Source: Candidatus Heimdallarchaeota archaeon (lineage in GTDB: Archaea > Asgardarchaeota > Heimdallarchaeia > Heimdallarchaeales > Heimdallarchaeaceae). Taken from it: a DNA stretch of 64,000 bases. Position numbers and translations under genes: made by a program. Under the pieces are notes generated by a model that made no database searches, was not told where the DNA came from, and saw only the letters and a list, made by a program, of their open reading frames with translations. Where the stretch lies: assembly GCA_021399345.1 (NCBI GenBank), contig JAAFKI010000094.1, forward strand, positions 57,561 through 121,560. Reading direction: 5' to 3'. Position 1 is the first letter of the stretch, and each line of letters begins with the position of its first letter. This document shows, piece by piece, positions 60,132 through 64,000 of the stretch.

Positions 60132-61445
60132 ATGAGCTCTGAAAAAGATAAAGGCGATGAGTTGTTTTCACAATTTAAATTTCTAGATGCTTATCGTTGG
60201 TATCTTAAAGCTCGAGATGTACTTTATTTGTCAGGTAAGGAAGATCAACTTAGAGATGTTGAAATAAAGATTGCTAGATGTTGTGCTCTTCTAGGATCTA
60301 AAGCTGAAGCTATCGATATTTTGGAAGAATTAGCTGAACAGACTAAAGAGAGAATCTTAATTGAAGAGTATTATTTGGTAATATTAGAACTAGCAGCAAC
60401 TCTTTTTGCATATGGTGATTATGAAAGAGGAAAAGTATGGTTGGAAGAATTAGAAGAAGAACAAATATCTGAAGAAAATCCACAAATCTTTTTTAGATTC
60501 TGGCAAACGAAAGCTCAACTTAAAATCGTTTATCATCAGTTAGAAGATGCAAGAGAAATTGTGCACTTTTTAAAGAAAAAAGCAAAAACCATGGGTAATG
60601 ATCCTTATTTCTATGAACTTCAAGTTTTGGAAGCTCAGATCGATGCTGAAGAAGGTGATGTTCTCAAAGCATACACTAGTGTAGATGAAGCATTCAAATA
60701 TTTTCAAGATTCTCCTTTCGAGAGATCAGCTTTTGAAAAGAAGATAATATTATCTCAATTTGTTTCTGAACCAGAAGAAACGATTGATTTGATGGATGAA
60801 TATTTGGAACGATATCAGCCTGATGATTTTCATCCATTAATCTTTAATACACAAAGAGTAGAGCTGGAACTTCGTTCAGAGAGAATTACTCCAGAAGAAG
60901 CAGTTGAAAAAGGCGAAAGGCTAATACTGACTGCAGAGAGTATTGAGCATTTAGAATTAACAGCAAAAATCAAAAGACTAATGGCAGGATTGTATCAATC
61001 TACAGGAAATCCTTCAGATTCCTACAAATCCTTCGAAAAAGCAAAACAATATTTCTTAGACCAGAATTTAGAATATGAGGAAGCTGTAACTATTTTCATA
61101 TATTTACCAGCATTATTACAGTTTCATTCTGCAAGATTACTAGGGCTAACTGGGTATTTAGGTGGTCCAAAAGGAAAAGGTTCTTCTCAGCTTGAACAGA
61201 TTGATATACCTACAGAAATTGATAGAATTATAGATATTTTCGAGAGATATGATGATAAAATAAGAGTTAAAATGGCTCAATTTTTCCAATTATCTTATAA
61301 GATTTCATCAATAGGTATAGGTTCTGATCTGAAAAGTTCACTAAATAAAATAAACGATATCTATCAATGGATGTTGGACAAAGGAGAACTTCATTATTCT
61401 GAAATGATTGGTCAATTCCTTGAACTTGTAAAACAATTTCGATAA
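60132..61445 (+). CDS. TPR-like alpha-solenoid protein
   Basis: Repeating helical pairs (A..Y..G...EA) throughout. Confidence 0.7.
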   Translation: MSSEKDKGDELFSQFKFLDAYRWYLKARDVLYLSGKEDQLRDVEIKIARCCALLGSKAEAIDILEELAEQTKERILIEEYYLVILELAATLFAYGDYERGKVWLEELEEEQISEENPQIFFRFWQTKAQLKIVYHQLEDAREIVHFLKKKAKTMGNDPYFYELQVLEAQIDAEEGDVLKAYTSVDEAFKYFQDSPFERSAFEKKIILSQFVSEPEETIDLMDEYLERYQPDDFHPLIFNTQRVELELRSERITPEEAVEKGERLILTAESIEHLELTAKIKRLMAGLYQSTGNPSDSYKSFEKAKQYFLDQNLEYEEAVTIFIYLPALLQFHSARLLGLTGYLGGPKGKGSSQLEQIDIPTEIDRIIDIFERYDDKIRVKMAQFFQLSYKISSIGIGSDLKSSLNKINDIYQWMLDKGELHYSEMIGQFLELVKQFR

Positions 61446-61455
61446 GTGCTGAAAA

Positions 61456-62262
61456 ATGAAAAGATATAATCCAGATGATCGAATTCAAACGTATGCTCCA
61501 ATGCATGAATTTTTGAATCTCCTAAGTAATCAAATCGAAGATGAAATCGAATCTGGTAAGTATGATTCAATTGTAATTGACTCCCCTACATCTCGAAATG
61601 AGAGGAATATTAAGAAAAAACTTCCAGATCCAATAGAGAGACTGTTAATTCTTACAATTACTGCAAAATACATGACAGACAATAAGAAGACAGATGAAAG
61701 AAACATACTTTTTACACTATCTAGAATACCTCAATTTATGTTTCCCAATTTCAATAAAGAAAATATTTCTAGCTATTCACAAGCAGATTTAGAAGAAGTA
61801 TTAAGTTTTGTTAATAATTTTACAGCGAATTTACCTCAATATTCACCAAGGTTTGACAATAAAATAACAATAATACTAAAAATCGAGTTTTATATCAATG
61901 CTTATCTTTATTTTGCTAAATCAATGTTAGAAAAAAGATTTCCTTATGGAGGAGATTATTATAATTTTGTTAGTTTCCTTATTCATGAATATTATACAAT
62001 CTTAAAACCTCAAATAAAGGAAAATAAAAAGGAAGTACAGCAAATTATGAGTATAATGGGGAATTTCCTTGATTATACAACAGTAGTATATTTTTTTGAG
62101 AATTTTCCAGAGCAAGTCAGTAAATTGTTTTTCTTTCTAAATAATTTGAAAAATCTCGATTTGTCACCTGAGGAACTAAGCCTTATTTCAGAGCTAGTTG
62201 AGGGTTCAATTCTTGTGAATAAAGAGAAAAAAGCTATTTTTATTGAGAAAATGAAGAAGTAA
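61456..62262 (+). CDS. Hypothetical protein
   Basis: 268-aa ORF co-oriented with the TPR gene; no motif recognised. Confidence 0.6.
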   Translation: MKRYNPDDRIQTYAPMHEFLNLLSNQIEDEIESGKYDSIVIDSPTSRNERNIKKKLPDPIERLLILTITAKYMTDNKKTDERNILFTLSRIPQFMFPNFNKENISSYSQADLEEVLSFVNNFTANLPQYSPRFDNKITIILKIEFYINAYLYFAKSMLEKRFPYGGDYYNFVSFLIHEYYTILKPQIKENKKEVQQIMSIMGNFLDYTTVVYFFENFPEQVSKLFFFLNNLKNLDLSPEELSLISELVEGSILVNKEKKAIFIEKMKK

Positions 62263-62312
62263 CTACAATTTTTTGGAGGAGAACTATTAAAAATACTAGT
62301 GAATATTTATGT

Positions 62313-62636
62313 TTGATGAAAGATAATTTGATTCAAGTACAAACCACTGTTCTTACAGAGAAAGAAGCTAGATCTATAGCTCATATCATGAATGAAGAGA
62401 AATTATCTGCTAGCGTACAATTTTTCCCCATAGTGAGTATTTATACTTGGAATGGACAGCTAGAAGAATCAGAAGAATTTTTAATAATTATTAGATCAAC
62501 TCAAAATAGATTTGAGAAAATCAAGAAAAGACTAGAAGAGCTACATTCCTATGAGCTTCCTCAAATAACTTCTATAAAAATTGATAATTATTCGCAAGAA
62601 TATTCTAACTGGATCGTTAAAGAGACAAGGGAGTAG
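62313..62636 (+). CDS. cutA: CutA divalent-cation tolerance protein
   Basis: SIYTWNG, LHSYELPQI and YSNW. Confidence 0.9.
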   Translation: MMKDNLIQVQTTVLTEKEARSIAHIMNEEKLSASVQFFPIVSIYTWNGQLEESEEFLIIIRSTQNRFEKIKKRLEELHSYELPQITSIKIDNYSQEYSNWIVKETRE

Positions 62637-62651
62637 ACCATTTCATTCTTA

Positions 62652-63881
62652 CTAGAATAGTAGAATGAAGAAAAGAACCAAAATTGTAGTTGTTATAAGA
62701 TCTGCACTAGAGCTTAAGAGTGGGTTAACTAGATTATCCGGATCTAAACCTAATCGAAAAGTAATGAATGTAGCAGATAAAGCAATAAGGCCTACTAAGA
62801 GAAATGATAGAAAATTGGTTAGAAGTAATAATACTAATATTAAACCATACAATCCTATGGTCATTCCTTTGGGAAACATTGCTGTTCCTAGAAGACTCAT
62901 TACTGCTACTACGATTAAAGCGGCTGTTGTTATTCCAAAGAAATTAATTGATAATTCTTTATTCTTAAGTGATTTAAAGGATGGCGTCATAGTTCCTAAA
63001 TGTAGTTTGGTCGTACTGGTATTAGCTAAAATTGAACTTTGGCTACCCACAATACTGATTATCGCAGGATAGAAGACAATAAGTACTGGAACAGAGTTTA
63101 ATATATCTGGAAAGGAGGTAAGAACTGAACCAGTACCTGCAGCGATTAAACTTGTAATTGTAAGTACTGGTAAGGTTTGCACAATTCCTTTTCTAATATA
63201 CTCTTCTTTTCTAAATTTTATTATCAAAAACACAAATACAGCTATAACAAAAATAACCGTTGGGATTCCGAGATAATAATGAAGTTTCACTACAGGATTC
63301 CAAGGCCTATACAACCAACAAATTGCTACAAAAATAAGTGTTATGAGTATATCATTTATAGATGAAGTTATTGGATAAGCAAATACATCAGGATCACCCT
63401 TTTTTCTATAGATAAAGAAGGTTAGAACGAAAGTTATAGACAAGGATATAACAGCTGTAAGAGTAAATGTTGTAAGAGTTATAGCAAAAATTTTCAAAAC
63501 ATCTACAGGTAATAAATTTAATTTTAAAAGAAATCCAAGTATAGATGTTATGATGCTTATCAGAACAGAGTCAAATATTGTTAAGATTAGAATAAGCATT
63601 ATAAGATGTACAAATCTGTTTGTATTATTTCTCCAAGTTGGTTTCAAAGTTCCTAGATGTAATGCAGAACCAAGCTTTCCTGTTAGAACACCGTTGATAT
63701 CCCCTCTAACTGTCAATAACAATGGATAGATGAGGAAAATCCATGGAATATAACTAGATAAGGATTGCAAAAAAGTTGCAGCACTTCCAGCTGCTAATCC
63801 TCCAAGGTTAAAAAACAACCCTCCCGCTACTGCTAGAGTAAAACCAGCAAAAATTGAGAAGGAAGATTTGTTCTTTAACAT
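62652..63881 (-). CDS. Tandem MgtE-transmembrane (SLC41-like) cation transporter
   Basis: Two repeats: P..LTVRGDI..LHLG..DPDVFAYPITSSIND and P..S..GS..LHLG..DPDNLVNPLLSSSAD. Confidence 0.85.
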   Translation of the reverse strand: MLKNKSSFSIFAGFTLAVAGGLFFNLGGLAAGSAATFLQSLSSYIPWIFLIYPLLLTVRGDINGVLTGKLGSALHLGTLKPTWRNNTNRFVHLIMLILILTIFDSVLISIITSILGFLLKLNLLPVDVLKIFAITLTTFTLTAVISLSITFVLTFFIYRKKGDPDVFAYPITSSINDILITLIFVAICWLYRPWNPVVKLHYYLGIPTVIFVIAVFVFLIIKFRKEEYIRKGIVQTLPVLTITSLIAAGTGSVLTSFPDILNSVPVLIVFYPAIISIVGSQSSILANTSTTKLHLGTMTPSFKSLKNKELSINFFGITTAALIVVAVMSLLGTAMFPKGMTIGLYGLILVLLLLTNFLSFLLVGLIALSATFITFRLGLDPDNLVNPLLSSSADLITTTILVLFFILLF

Positions 63882-64000
63882 ACTGACTAAAGAAGTGTTA
63901 AAACTTAATAAAGATAATTGTTAAAGAATTTAAAGAATAAAAGTTAAGGGAAAAAACTGGGCTTGTTTTTAAACTTGTCTGATTCCCAATCTCTCAATTA

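Noticed and set aside
1-64000. tRNA, rRNA, integrase or transposase genes
   Set aside because: No GC-rich cloverleaf or rRNA-like segment and no recombinase motifs were seen by eye

Overview
AT-rich archaeal chromosomal segment, most likely from an Asgard archaeon. This rests on a two-domain gelsolin, C-terminally anchored beta-helix and solute-binding proteins, MvhA/HdrA, SmsCB and TATA-type promoters; a finer assignment to Heimdallarchaeia is only an impression. Bases 1-9.8 kb carry an mvhA(3' end)-mvhD-flxCBA-like-hdrA-hdrL-protease-mvhD electron-bifurcation operon, with no hdrBC inside the window, followed by a CoA-disulfide reductase-rhodanese. The middle holds a TrmB regulator fused to a PH/GRAM-like domain with three palindromic operators, an FtsX-type ABC system, a tightly coupled uncharacterised gene pair (winged-helix/Zn-finger protein plus CorA-like 2-TM protein), gelsolin, a possible lipid-headgroup cluster, gdhA, tldDE, a ywbE gene bracketed by a 25-bp direct repeat, and two circularly permuted family-5 solute-binding proteins. 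The end holds a DtxR-feoAAB(C)-smsCB iron region and a tandem-MgtE transporter. Two pseudogenes are evident. I saw no rRNA, tRNA, CRISPR array or intact transposase. All family calls are by motif recognition; no searches were run.
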